Shown here: piece by piece, positions 50,528 through 63,200 of the stretch
How the letters are laid out: each line of letters begins with the position of its first letter
How positions within the stretch are numbered: position 1 is the stretch's first letter
Assembly (NCBI GenBank): GCA_003971905.1
Contig: RSEE01000003.1
Span: 124,001 to 188,000, forward strand
DNA length: 64,000 nucleotides
Direction of reading: 5' to 3'
Source: Moniliella sp. 'wahieum'
Lineage: Eukaryota
The notes under the pieces: model-generated
The model's input: the letters and a program-made list of their open reading frames with translations, nothing else
The model's database searches: none
Told to the model about the DNA's origin: nothing
Position numbers and translations under genes: made by a program

Positions 50528-51191
50528 TTACTTGCCTTGGGGGGCCTCCTTGAACGCAAGAGCGGTCTCCTCGCCCATGGCCGAGACGATGGTGACCATC
50601 AGGTCCTTGCCATCGTCAAAGTCAGCCTGCATCTGCTCGCCGAGCTCACCCTCGGGCACACGGACGTCATCCTTCGAGTCACCGTCCGAGGTGAGCAGGT
50701 TGAGGAAGCCATCGTCGATGTTGACGAGCTGGTACTCGGTACGGGTCACGTTGGGCACCTCCATGTTGTGGGTAGAGGGCGAGATGTCCTCGAGCTTCTT
50801 GCCGGTGAAAATGTCAACAGCGACAAGGTGCACCTTGGCGTGACCGTGCTTGCCGTCTTGGAGGTCGACATGTCCACAATCTTGCAGGGACGGCCCTTGA
50901 TCACCACGTGTCCGTTCTTGCGCAGCGCCGAGCACTGCATGGGGAAGGTGAGCGAGGCGCCGGCGTTGGCCGACTCGAACTCGACATTGTGCTTCTCGTC
51001 GTCAGACTGAGGAAGGGCAAACAGAGAAGGGCAAACAGAGAAGGTCAGTTCACCTATTTTCTGCTAAGCTGGCTGCTTCTCCATCCCATCCGGCAAGCAG
51101 GGCAGCACTCCCAGGAACCGCGGGGAGGCGGGAAATGCGTGTTCCAGCGCAACGGGGGTTGGTAAGGGGATGCGGGACGAGTACGAACCAT
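50528..51191 (-). CDS. HYP2: Translation factor eIF5A
   Basis: [41 protein letters not shown] (hypusine motif), [21 protein letters not shown]. Exon 1 is only ATG (51191-51189), intron 51188-51007. Confidence 0.97.
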
Positions 51192-51775
51192 AATGTAACT
51201 GTTGGGACAGAGGTGGTGGTAGGGATGGAAAACGCCGGCTGCGAGGAAAAAAAAGTTCATCGCGGGTCGCAGCCTGGGCACAAGATCACTGTTGCCCGCA
51301 TTGCGGCCCCGCTAAGCGCAGCGCCAGTGTGTCGAGCCAACCCTAGACACGGGGAAGCAGCCCCGTGGGACTAGGCCAACTGGACTAGCTCGGCTGACGA
51401 GAACATTGCAAATGGTGTCTGCGATGCATGCCAAGCCCTTATTCCGCCCGTATTCTGCCCTTATTCCGCTGAGACCTCCACTTGAGCGGACTGATTGATG
51501 CGATAGGCGAGTGTGCGTGCGGGCATTGGATGGTGCTCAGGCTGATGAGAGCGCAGACCCAGTCCCAGCAGTGGCCAGGCCAGGTCGTTTATACATGTTG
51601 GGTTGAGCGAACACGCAACACATGTAGAAGAGAACATGCTCGGGAACAGCCGACAGTACTTCTGCTCCGTCTGGGGATAGGGCAGGCTCCCCTACTTGAA
51701 TATGCGCCTCGGCTGTAGACATAGCCTGCACGACAGAGTCACCGAGAGCAGCCGACAAAACCCCTACTCTATATC

Positions 51776-53720
51776 ATGATTGGCGCCCTCAAATCACAGT
51801 TGCCCCCTTCTCAAAAATCAGCAAAAACACGCGTATACGCGAACTCGTCAGGAAGCAGACCCTCCAGTAAACATGCCTTTTTCTCTTTTGCCTCACCCAT
51901 CAGCCCCCCATCATTCACATCCAGAACTCATCAGTCTCGTCAACCCTCCCCCATTTACTTCCAGCTTCAGCACGACGACGAATACGGCCTCCTACTGTTT
52001 TTCAAAGTCCCACGATGAAAACACCAATGATGAGTTTCATGTCCCACAGTGGTAGCATTGTGGGTACTGCAAGCCCTTCTCTACTGCTTTTGTCTGCCGC
52101 GCGCAAAAAGGCGACTGCCCCACCCCACAATATCGCCAAGGCCACCTCCGTCCATATCCCTCTGATTCGTCCAATGATGGGCTCAATTGATGGCCGTCGT
52201 TCTTTTGTAATCAATAATCCCGACCTTGCCAAGCGTAAGCGCCATGTAGTTTCAAAGCAACTGGACGGGCAGCTCACCTTGACTGGAGTTTATTCTTTTT
52301 GGGATTGCGAGGTATGGATCATGTAAGTGTGTGTACATCATCGGCAAACTCTGACATCCCCCTTTTCCTCCACAGAACATCTCACGGTCTGCGCTAACGA
52401 AGGGAACAGTGTCATTTATGAAGCTGAAGCCTACTAGCATTACAGCAGGTCCCGCCTTTCCCCAAATTCTTTGTTACTTCATCCAGAACGGAGGATTAGC
52501 AAGGATAGTATCTTTCGATAACATGTTTGATGTCGAAGGACTCTGCATCAATGCCGTTCGACGTTTCCCTCAGCTCCCTTGCCAAGCTACCCCTCGCCCT
52601 AAAAATGCAGCTGATAAGGAGGCTGCCGCGGCTATTACTGAAGTGCTTAAGGTGGCCCCAGGGGGTTCTATATTCTTCATCATAAGCGGAGATCAGGATT
52701 TGCTCGATCCGTATGTGACATCCAGAAGAAAGGTCACTTTGCCGTTACCGTCTCCATATCCGGCAACACAAGTCAGAAGCTCCAAGCGCTTGCCGATGCA
52801 AGCATCCAACTCAGTATTTGCCGCCATTAGGATATACAGGCATGGATGGATGTGTTTGTATTGCTTTCATAACCGACTTGTTGGCGATACTCCATGAGAA
52901 TACCGTGTGGTTTGTCGGTCGCCTCTCTTTTACCACACATCTACGACCCCAGCATACACTTTGGCCAAGGGGGTCGCAAGTCTTGATCAGGCTGTTCCCT
53001 GTTTTCACCGTTTGGTTCCAAACCCTGTTTCTACCACATGTGACTCAACTTGCACACCCTCCTCTTCTACTATAAGAGTATAGGTACTCACACTATTCCC
53101 TTCTCCACTTGAGACGTATACAATCCTTTCCTTCCTTTTTCCATCTCCAACTTCTGTCACGTTGTGATCATAGAACACGTTCGTAAATTTCAACCCACTC
53201 GGCTATATCCAGGCCATTTGGGCTTCTCCCCCTTATTTCCTCCGTCAAAGGCATGTTCGACAGGGTGTTTGCCCCTCTATCGAACTACCATTGGTGGCGC
53301 TATTGCCATCGAGGAAGTGTTGTCGACTCCGAAATAGAAAACCCCTCCGAGAACCTTCAACATATGCCCGTTTGAGTTCGATCCCACACATTCTCCAATA
53401 CTTGACGGTTGAAGAATCCCCAGTTGCTCTGGCGGTAACTTGGACAGACGAACGTTTTGCTATATAAACAGACCCTCTGTAACAGTGACATATTGTCTTG
53501 TCATATAATGGCGCCTGTGCCGTCTTTTCATTGCGCTCCCGTGTTCGCTTTCCTGCACTCTGTCTTCTCTCCACGAACGACATCGGCTCTACTACCTATG
53601 TCTTTGCTTTCCTTATTCGGCAAACAGTTTCTATAGCTCTTTCAGTCAGTCGGACCATATGGTTGGGACCAGTGAGTCACGGTGTATACGACCTCTACGG
53701 GAGACACAGGAACTGAACTC
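51776..53720 (+). pseudogene. Highly decayed DEAH-box RNA helicase relic (DHX35/Prp43-like), tentative
   Basis: Low-GC tract whose broken ORFs carry eroded DEAH motifs in the right order: QSRQPSPIY (~QRxxLPI), PHNIAKATSV (~PRRVAATSV), KQLDGQL (~TDGML), YF..ARIVSFDNMFDVE (~IISLEGRMFPVE), PGGSIFFIISGDQDL (~GDILVFLTGxEEI), QASNSVFAAIRI (~ATNIAEASVTI), IYDP. Walker A and DEAH are not recognisable. Confidence 0.45.
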
Positions 53721-53843
53721 GGATATAATGTACAGAAGGATATAATTTGCTGGATGATTGTGTTTTTCTTGGACCAACGGGTCTATGGTGACTGATGAGG
53801 TTGCGAATGTGGAAGGAGAGCGGTAACACCGCTAGAACATCGA

Positions 53844-54719
53844 TCAAACGCGAGGTGCGAGCTTTAAAATGACTGTGTCGATCCCGTGCCTCAAGGCATC
53901 TACAATCTGGGCAGTCAAGTCCAGAGGAGATGCAAGGCGATCGGTGTGCATCCCCGCCTCGAGCTCTGTCGGCACAATCCGCCCCTGACGGACGAGCATA
54001 CCATCGGTGATCAGAGGCAAGGCCATGTCGTCCGTCATCTTGGTTGAAGTCTATAGTATAAGCACACCTCCCGCCGAGGTGGATAAGATGTTTCCGTCTT
54101 CTACCACCGACCCCGTAGTAGCACTGGACGTCGTGTGACTGGGATTGATGTGCGCGCCTGCATATAGAGACCTACTGTAGCAGTGGCGACCAAGGTTTCA
54201 AGCATCGCTATACCTGCATGGAGGAGAGCAAGCGAAACAGCATTAACGGCGGCGGCCAATATAAAGCCGTCAGTTTCGGTGATGGAAACGTGGATGCTAT
54301 TACTAAATGACCGAACGGGAGTATAAGTGTCGCAGGACAAGAGGGGCAAAAACGCTCCCTCGTTCGCGATTGGCAAAAAGTTATTAAGTTGGCGATCGCC
54401 TTGGTCCGTTTTCGTCTTTCCGTCCCGGCCCAGGGTAGCAATCACGCAAACCACAGCTAAGACAGGTTAGAGTCGCGCCCCCGGGGGTTGATCTGGTAGC
54501 CGCATCTGCAACTTTTTGCCTCGTCCCTTTTTTATAGACAGTGGCACTGATAGTGGCCACGCCGTGGGATACACAGTAGCAGATCCTTATTAGGGCCTGG
54601 TATGTTGTGGCCCGGGCAGAGTGGGAGCCAACATGGAGCTGGAGCCCGCTGAGATCGATGCGCTTGCGCCCATCTGTCGGAGTTGGGCGGAGGAGAGAAG
54701 CTCGATACAGGACTGGCAT
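53844..54719 (-). pseudogene. RRP41: Divergent or decayed exosome RNase PH subunit Rrp41/Ski6-like gene
   Basis: IELLSSAQLR/DGRKRIDL, VSHGVATISATVY, IHVSITETDGFILAAAVNAVSLALLHAGIAM (~DGG..AAINA.TLAL.DAGIPM), LPLITDGMLVRQGRI..ELEAGMHTDRL. Lower GC, frameshifts and many non-conservative changes. A functional divergent paralog is not excluded. Confidence 0.65.
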
Positions 54720-54991
54720 GTATCAGCGAACCAAGTGGACGAGGGACGCGTCGATGATGGAGGCGGCCCCGCTGCATATATACGGTGGCGCAGAGACACT
54801 AAATAAAAAAGGCGTACTAACAGGGGCGGCGGAATGGGCTGGCGGAATGTACTGCATGCTGCCCCTCCCTGTCGCCAGCTCGTATTCGTGGCCAAGTTCC
54901 TCGGATTGACTAGGCTGCGTGTCGCCGACCGTCGAACAGAGCAGTCTTTTGTGGCCTGCTTCTGTTCCTCTCGCTGGGCCACCGAGCCACC

Positions 54992-55493
54992 ATGGTGTAC
55001 ATCAAGCACTGGCCCGAATACCAGGCCGCCGCTTTGGCTCTGCTGGAAGCCTCTCCCGACAAGGTATGTTTCTGCCCCCTCCTCGTTCTTACTGCAATGT
55101 GGCTCACCTTGGACACCTTTCTTCTTCCGTCCTGCGCTACCGCGCCAGACTCGGTACGTGATCAAGCTCCGGCCCAAGCATCAATGGCTTATTCTCAAGG
55201 TTACCGATGACACCACACATTGAAATACAAGACCCGGTCCCAGGCCATCCTGAACCGCTTCGAAGCGTTGACCAGGGATTTTCTGGCTCGCGCTGCTGGG
55301 GCCGAGGGCCCCACCAAGGAGACCACGCTCGCCGCCACACCGAGACGGTCCAAGCCCATCGTCTCAGCTCGTGGCAAGCGCCCAAACTGCTAGCGGGTCA
55401 CCAGCCCCGGGAACCCTGCTACTGGTGCCGAAGTATCCACTGCACCGGCCGCTTCGGGGCAGCCAAGAAGAAGAGAAAAAGGGCAAGAAGTGA
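54992..55493 (+). CDS. SRP21: Signal recognition particle subunit Srp9/Srp21
   Basis: MVYIKHWPEYQAAALALLEASPDK / intron 55064-55148 / TRYVIKLRP..LILKVTDD..LKYKT..ILNRFEALT, Lys-rich tail. Confidence 0.85.
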
Positions 55494-55720
55494 TGGAGCC
55501 GGACTGTCCTGCTTCATTGCACATGTCCTTCCTTCACTATGTTCTCTCTTCGCTTACGACTTTTGGCTCGCTTTTTGTGGCTACGAGTGCATCTCCTCTC
55601 TCCTATCTGTATGTCTACCGATGGCTTTTTTTCAGAAGGCGCATCAAGGAGAAAATGGTCCTTTCTCGTAACAATACGCATCAGCGAGTGTGAAGGTGGA
55701 AAGTGTCAGGTCAACCAAAG

Positions 55721-56675
55721 TTAAACTGTAGCAGCGCCCATGAGTGCCATCATCTCCTCGTAGATGGTAAAGACAATCCCGCCCGATAAGACCAGGCGGG
55801 CCAGGCGTGTAGTCGAACCGCGCCACAAAGCCAACACACCATCTGTCTTGACTGTCTGCACAAAGCAGTCGATTGTCCCACGGTACCTTGATTTGGCGTC
55901 GATGGACTGCATCCGCGTCTTGACTGTGTCAAAAGGCATGGTGGTGTACACAGTAATCACACCCGCCACCGCGCCAATGCCGAATGTTACGCCCCCAGGA
56001 AGGGTCTGCCCCGGGCGTGACGACCCCTGCACCAAGTTTTGAGGGTCGAGTAAGAGCCCAACCGAACCATACTGTTTGCCCCCTGACGCAGCACAACCGG
56101 CACCAGGCCACGGTACACACCCGATACACCCTCTTGCCGGACGATAGCTGCTGTGCCCGCCACCAGGCCGGGAGGGTACCGCCGCACGGGTTGTTTGGCG
56201 TCGTCAATGAGCTTGGTCCTATGGAGGTGCGGTCAGTTTGTGGAGCCACAATTTTAGGAGGTAGATCCAACTTACTTGATTGTCTCCGATGGCGTGACGG
56301 CAAAGACAGCTTCCATCACACCAGCGCCCAGGCCTGCGAGGAGCGAACGCGGTCCGCTCAAACGTCCATCCTTGTCGCGAAGAAGGGTTTTGAAGTGGTC
56401 AAAGGCCAAAAAGCGCACGCCCGCTTTCACAGCGTTGCCCGCAACCAAGGCACCACAACCGGAATACAGGCCCCGCACCCCGGACTGGGCCACCGTGTCT
56501 TTCACAATCGCAATGGGCGAGGGAGGCTTGCCCCGCCGCGAACGGCAAATTGGGATACTGTTTTGGTGAACTCAATGGGATATGTGGCCACCCCTTCGAC
56601 CGCCCCAGCGGTGGCGCCGGCAATGAGCGAAGCCAGGGGTTTGTCCTTCTTGCCGGACTTGTTGGTAGAGGTCAT
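55721..56675 (-). CDS. CTP1: Mitochondrial citrate/tricarboxylate carrier (SLC25)
   Basis: YPIEFTKT, GNAVKAGVRFLAFD, VTPSETIK, RQGANSMVRL, MPFDTVKTRMQ, RLARLVLSGGIVFTIYE. Intron ~56218-56274. Confidence 0.92.
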
Positions 56676-56891
56676 GGTGGGGTCGAAGAGAGAGGGACGA
56701 TCGATGAAGACGGAGTTCTCGTCTCTTGGCTGGTGCGTCACATGTCCACTCCGACCGCCAAGTCCGCTTCAGGGGGCGGCCGTTCAAGAGGCGCCGCCGG
56801 GAGGATCGGAGGAAAAGCCCGCGCTACCAAGCCCAGGATTCTCGCTCTGCTGAACATTTCAACACAGAAAACATCATGCTGCCAGGTGATA

Positions 56892-56912
56892 GGTGACCGG
56901 TGACCGGTGACC
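56892..56912. repeat. (GGTGACC)3 heptamer array in the CTP1 / RING-CH divergent promoter
   Basis: ggtgacc ggtgacc ggtgacc read directly. Confidence 0.9.
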
Positions 56913-56970
56913 CACGATTGACGACTACCGACTACCGTTAATTAGCAACACCCTCGTCCCCCTCGCCACC

Positions 56971-58889
56971 ATCGCCATTTCCATCAGCCTCTCGCCTCTC
57001 GACCCGTCACCGTCGACGACCTCGTCGGGAAGACTTGCTGGATCTGTGCCGAAAGTGAAGACGACAGTCCCATTCCGCCTCCCTCCGGCAAAAGCGCCCC
57101 CTTTGTGCACCCATGCGGATGCACCCTGGTGGCCCACGAAGCTTGCCTCTTATCCTGGATCGATACCCAGCAGAGGCGCAGCCCCCGAGGCATGAACCTG
57201 ATGGGAATTGGTGGTGGAGGGCGTGCGGGTGGCCAAGATCCCATCTACACTGTAGCCGCCAAATGTCCCCAATGCCAGCAACAGTACCAGATGACCGACG
57301 CCGCCTCAGCGCCTGAGCGATGGCTGCGCAATGTCCTCTCCTTTATCGCCGACAAGACCACTTCCTCCTCTCGCCTTGCTGTGGGCGCCACTATGGGCGT
57401 AAGCGCATATGTCCTCTGCTCCGCCTATGGCCGGTTCGCAATGCGTTTACTCGTGGGAAACGACTTGGCGAACCGCGTGTTCAACCGACCTTTGGATTGG
57501 CACGTGCGTCTTTCTGCCTCTATGCGTTGTCCAACCCTTTGAAATCAGCCGTACTGACCTTCTACTGATAGCTCAATGCCGACCTCCCTTTGGTCCCGTT
57601 CGTCTTAATCACCATGCGACTCCCTGTCCTACTCCGTCCCTCGTATTGGCTGTTACCAACCTTGTTGATGCTGCCCTTCGTCCAAACCCCACCCCTTGCT
57701 CCCTCGGGAGGACGCTTCGGGGTCGACGGGCTCACCAAGCGGCTGCTCCGAGGCAACGTGTCTTCCATTGCCTCCTCTTCGAGTACTGGCCTGTGGCCGC
57801 CTACTCCTGCCACCACCCTCCTCCTCGTCCCTTGGGTTCGGGCGGCGTATTTCCCTCTCCGCCGTGCCCTCTACCGCCTTCTCTTCCGTTCATGGTATCG
57901 TGCCGAAGCGGCGCGCCGGACTGCTTTGGCGCTTCCCCGCCCTGAGCCTTCGGCAGCGCGGCACATGATGGAGCGTCTGTTCAAGGGGGCCCAGGGGAAG
58001 GCCCGGCGGGCGGTGATGTTCTTCGTGGTGGGGAGGTGCGTGAGGTGCTACACTTTACTTCCGATGAGGAGCTGCGGGTGTACCTATCCACCCACGAGCG
58101 TGTGCAAGTGTTGTGGAAGATGTCCCTGGAGCAACCGCCCTCACTGGGCATGAGTGACAGTCCCGCTCGGCCCAGCGCAGACCACGGGCGGGATCCTTAC
58201 GTTGACCCTGGGATTGCGGCGGAGGATGTGGAGTATACGAATTGGGAGCGAAGGACAGTGCAGTACAGGGTGCCTGCCGTGTTGCGTGTGGAGGCACAGG
58301 AGGCACTTGAGGCGCTCAATACCCTGGTGGAGGCCGGTATGAGGAGGGGGGGGATGCAGAGCGCATTGCCATCCGGGTCACCTCACCCGCGGCCCACCAA
58401 ACCCCCCAACGTGTCTTGAATATCGAGTACCTCCACATGGAGGAGTTGCACGTGGTCTATATGACCCCGGCCTCGGTCATGGGCGTGCTTGCAGGCGCAT
58501 TGACGCTGCCCATCTTCGCTGGCGGAGGGTCGCTGCTCCTGTTTCTCTCTCGCTTTTGCCCACCTCTTCGTCGCGTGCTGGGGATGGCCCCAGCTGTGTC
58601 GCTAGGATCGGCGGCTCTGGGATCGGCTGTGGTGAGTGCCGGACTCCCCGCTTTTGACAGTGACCGCCCCGTATGGGACACCTTGACGGGGGAGGACCCA
58701 GTCTGGTGGCGCAACGCCCTGGGTGCTCTCTTATGGATCACGACCCGTGATTTGGCCATTGCTACTCTACGCTTGCTCCGATTCCGGGCTCGACGCTCGC
58801 CACATCAAATCGGTGCCCTTTGCCCCCAGCCAACTCAGCACCCTTACTCTGCGACCTGGTCTCTCTCTCCCGCCTTCCCCATCGCTTAG
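56971..58889 (+). CDS. RING-CH (C4HC3, MARCH-type) membrane E3 ubiquitin ligase
   Basis: CWIC...HPCGCTLVAHEACLLSWI...KCPQC followed by several hydrophobic segments and DPVWWRNALG. The start codon appears to have lost one base (AT[G]CGC at 56971). Confidence 0.8.
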
Positions 58890-59102
58890 TCCAGCCGATT
58901 GATCTCTTCTACCTCTTTCCTCCAAGTCTATGCATGAACACGCCCATCCCTGACCTCCTTCACCTTCCCAGGTGATTGGCACCTCTGAGAGCATATTTTC
59001 TAGCGCCAGGATGGATTACACGATAACTACCAAATGGAAAGGTACGGTTTGCTGCCACCTGCTGTCTGCTGTACAAGGCGGAAAGATGCGCCGGGCTCGT
59101 GT

Positions 59103-59946
59103 TCAGTCTTTGTGGGCTCGTTTGAAGTCGGCGGGAGTCGTCATCTTTTTCAAGGACCACATGCCTCGCTTCAACTTTTTGGTCTCTCCTGTGCAAGCAC
59201 CAGGCGGCGCTCCCCTGAACTCGTCTTGCCCAACAGCACGTCAAAGTAAGTAGACTTGCCATATTCAGCGCCCGACTGGGTATAGACTGTAGCCAGGCCG
59301 AGTTGGACCATACGGAGGGAAATGTTGGTAGGACCTAGGACGTAGGGGGGGAGCCACACATAGGGCGTGCCGACCAGGCGGCGGTACTGGTCCAGGTGAC
59401 CGACGCCGACTGTGAGGTAGCGCCCCTTGACCAGTCGGGTCAGCTCCTCGAGTGCTTCCGCACCATAAGGCTGGCCAGGCTTGCCAAAGTGGGGCAGTTC
59501 TGGTGCATCCGCCCCAGCCAGACGCACACTGATCGTTTCGCTGCCAATGCTGAGCTTGCGGTTCTGGGGGAGGGGGTAGAGCCACGGCCCGAGGAAACGA
59601 CCGCCAGGCTGGTGGTACTGCATTGAGGGTAAGCCCACAAGCACAATCGAAGCCAAAGGAGAAAGGGCGTACCAGACGGAATCCGTCGCCGTCGCCCACG
59701 CGCACGACAGTGCCAGAAATATGCTTGGACCGGCACAGGAGAGCGGGGGTGAAGTAGTCTGTGGTGGGGGCGGCGCAAGTACCTCCACCACACCCAGCTG
59801 CCGCCCACGGCGACAGTCAGGACGGCGGCGGCGATCTGGGTGGAGAGGGGGACGGTGACTATGGGCTGCTCATCGGGCGAATGGGCTGCGAGTGTCGTGG
59901 GTCGCGGGCGGGAAGGCCGGGAGGGCGAGGCGGCGGGGTGGGGCAT
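59103..59946 (-). CDS. LCL3: Staphylococcal-nuclease-like endonuclease Lcl3
   Basis: N-terminal TM, VGDGDGFRL, TISVRLAGADAPE..HFG..QPY, DQYRRLVG, MVQLGLATVY..GAEYG, KRGMWS..TPADFK. Confidence 0.9.
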
Positions 59947-60278
59947 GGCGAAGGTGCCGGGTTGCGGCGATCGATGGAAGCAGGCAGGTCAGGCTGTGTG
60001 CCTCTGAGCTGGCCCTAGTCACTGGCCACCACCGCTGATTGGCCCTGGCTGGGTGGGTTGCACCGGCCCTCTTCACCCCAGTGGCGCAGCCGGCCTGCTG
60101 CGCTGCTACCTTCTCTGCCGCCACGACCGTCCATCAGGCGCGGGCTATGGGACGGCTGCATTCGACATGCCTACGTAGGAGAGGGTGGGGGTTCCCTTGC
60201 GGGACGGTATGATGTTTGGTAGAGTACAGTGCGGCAGGCGAGGGCAAGGGAGGCGAGCGTGTGGGCGCACCGAGCAGC

Positions 60279-63200
60279 TCACACCGAGTCTTCCAGCACC
60301 AGGCGCGGCACGACTTGCATGGCCATCAGCTCCTGGAACAGCAGTCGTCGCATACGGCACCGTGATGTTGGCCACCTGCGCCCCTGTCTTGCAATGGCCG
60401 CAATAGCCGTTGTAGCCCAGCAGGCCGCACAGCTGACACACATCCACCGAGAATGCATCGGAAGAGATCATCAGTCGCTCCAAGAGCAAGTGCGTGGCAC
60501 CATACCCAATCAGACAGTCCCGTTCCATCTCTCCCAGACGCAGACCACCATCGCGGGAGCGGCCCTCGGTGGGCTGGCGCGTCAGCAGCGCACGCGGCCC
60601 ACGTGCACGCGCATGCATCTTGTCCTGCACCATGTGCTTCAGCTTCTGGTAGTAGATCGGGCCAAAGTACACATAGCACTCCATCGGCTCGCCAGTGATG
60701 CCCGAAGTCATGTACTCCTTGCCGCCGTAGTTGTAGCCATTCTCCACCAAGATGCGCGACATGTCCGCCACCTTGGATCCGCCAAAAGCAGTGCCGTACT
60801 GCAGCTCCCCACTGATCACACCCGCCTTACCTGCCAGCAACTCGATCATCTTGCCCACCGTCATACGCGACGGGAAACCGTGCGGGTTCATGATAATGTC
60901 CGGGCAGACACCCCGGTCACTGAACGGCATATCCTCTTGCCGGACAATTAGGCCACACACACCTTTCTGTCCGTGGCGGGAGGAGAATTGTCACCCAACT
61001 CGGGGCGGCGAGTTTGGCGAAGGAGGGCTTGATGATTTGCTGATCTCCATCGCTATCAGTGATCATATCTGGTCAACGTAGGAAGGAACCTTGGTTTTGT
61101 AACTGGGCGCAGTGCCCTTGTAGCCGATCACCACAGGGTTTGCGCCCATGCCTGGGTCCATCTCCCCCGTACCCGCAGCTAAGACGGGCGACTGCTTGTT
61201 GATGTACACCTGCCCGTCACTCACTTCGGCACCGACGGCAGCCAAACCGTCATCCTCCAGAACCTGGTAGCGGAAGGGCACGTTGCCCTGTTCGTCTTTG
61301 GGCACGTCGCCGATCCGGTCACTCGTCCCGTTGGGGTACGCTTTGATCTGTACTGTCGTCTTACGCATCACCTGGCACCGCCCAAAGCCACGGTCAATCG
61401 AGCTCTTGTTGATGATCAGCGCGTCCTCAATATCGTATCCCGAGTAGCTCATCACCGCTACCATCGCATTTTGGCCGGCAGGCAACTTGTCGTACCCAAT
61501 GATCTCGATAGTCTTGGTCTTGACCATCGGCTGTTGGGGGTAGACCATAAGGTAGAGTAGCGTATCGATGCGGTTAAGCTGGTTGTACCCGATCGCCCCG
61601 ATGGCTTGTTTACCCATGGCACACTGATAAGTGTTCCGCGGGGATTGGTTGTGGGGGTATGGGATCAGTCCGGCAACGGCACCAAGGATGGTGAACGGCT
61701 CGATTTCCAGATGCGTAGTGTACTCAGGGAGAATGTCCTTCTCATACAGAGCAATGTAGCTGTCGTTCTCCTCGTTCACATCCAAATACTCGACCAGTCC
61801 CTTGGCCAGGAAATCGTCAAATGACATCCTCCCGCGCTTAAGAAGCGCGATGTGACTGTCTTGACCTTTGGCTTGCCATTGTCGACAATGATCATGGGCG
61901 GCACACTCGTCCCATCAGAGGCAATCACCACAGCTTGCTGTTGAGTGTTGGTGTGCACACTAACAAACTCGGAAATCTTGCCCATTCGCCGCAGCTTGCG
62001 GAAGGCGGTGATGAACCGACGGGTGCGCGGGTCAAGCCAATCACACGGCCATTGAGGAAGACGAGGAAACTTCCCTTGTGGTGCATTTCGGCACCAGTCA
62101 GCAGCGCCACATCTTCGCATCCCAGGGTATAGGCCAGCTTTTCGAGCGGCGCTCGTCAATCTCAGTCGTGATGTGGGTCATGAGGGCCAGGTTCTTCACC
62201 AATCCACAGGCTTCACCTTCGGGCGTGTCCGAAGGACAGAGCATTCCCCATTGCGACGGCTGTAACGCACGCGGCCCGACACCTTACGCGTCTTCTCAAA
62301 CTGAGACGAGATACGTGTCATCATACCCAGGGCAGAAATGTAGCTCAGACGAGAGAGAAGATGAGTGACACCGGCGCGTTCCATGCGGAAACGCTTCAAA
62401 CTCCAGTTGCCCGTACTGATGGCTCGGACAAACCCTGAGGTGATGTTGTCGGCGTGGTAGGCACGGTGCTGATTGGCGTCAAATTCGGTTGCGCGATGCT
62501 GCTTCTTCATGACCTTGTCGAAAGACATTTTGAGGTCATAGTTGTACTTTTTGAACATGTCCTCAAACAGTAGCGAGAGCAGCTGCCCTGCAACTCGAGG
62601 CGTTTGTTGCCCACATAGTCTCGGTCGTCGACCTGAGTCGGGTCCAGGACACAGGCCAGCACGCGGCGTACCATTGTGGACAGGTAGATGGCTTTGGGAC
62701 GGAAGTTGAGCTTTTCAACTGGCACGTGGGCTACCACGACGGTCGCCAGCACTCCAGTGCTCTTCGTGGGCAGGCCGCCGGGGCACGCCCGGGCGCATCA
62801 TGCGACGGACCTTGCGGCCAATGTAGTCGAGTGCCTGCCTTCGGGTAAACACCTTCAGTCGGCACCCCTCCTCGATGGAGTTGCTGAACAACTCGCGGAA
62901 TGCCTCGTCGGTTCCAGCGACCGTCTCGATAATTTCGCGATCCGTTGTTATGCCCATGGCCTTGAACGCTACCACAATGGGAATGTCCTCGGTCATGCTA
63001 TTGTGGCGCAGGTAGATACACTTGTTCTTGCTCACCACGTACGACTTGCTCTTACGTTCGGCCGTCGAGCTGGCAAAATTCAGCAGTCAGTACTTAGTCG
63101 GCACGCCTCTTCAAAGGTTGCAGATAAAAAAAAAACAATACGATGTCACACTGGCGGACACGATGTCCTTTTTGGTATCGGCTTCGACAATGACCCTGTT

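Noticed and set aside
52670..52710. IISGDQDLL as a PIN/NYN or 5'-3' exonuclease motif
   Set aside because: No other PIN acidic motifs were found. The flanking sequence fits better as eroded DEAH motif IV in a collinear series.
51780..53720. Transposon or horizontally acquired island for the low-GC tract
   Set aside because: No terminal repeats, target duplications or transposase/RT motifs were seen. Residual host-gene motifs suggest decay in place.
56962..56980. Non-AUG (ATC) initiation of the RING-CH gene in a good Kozak context
   Set aside because: ATC is out of frame with the RING domain. Restoring one G (ATG CGC CAT...) gives an in-frame start, matching the deletion error pattern.
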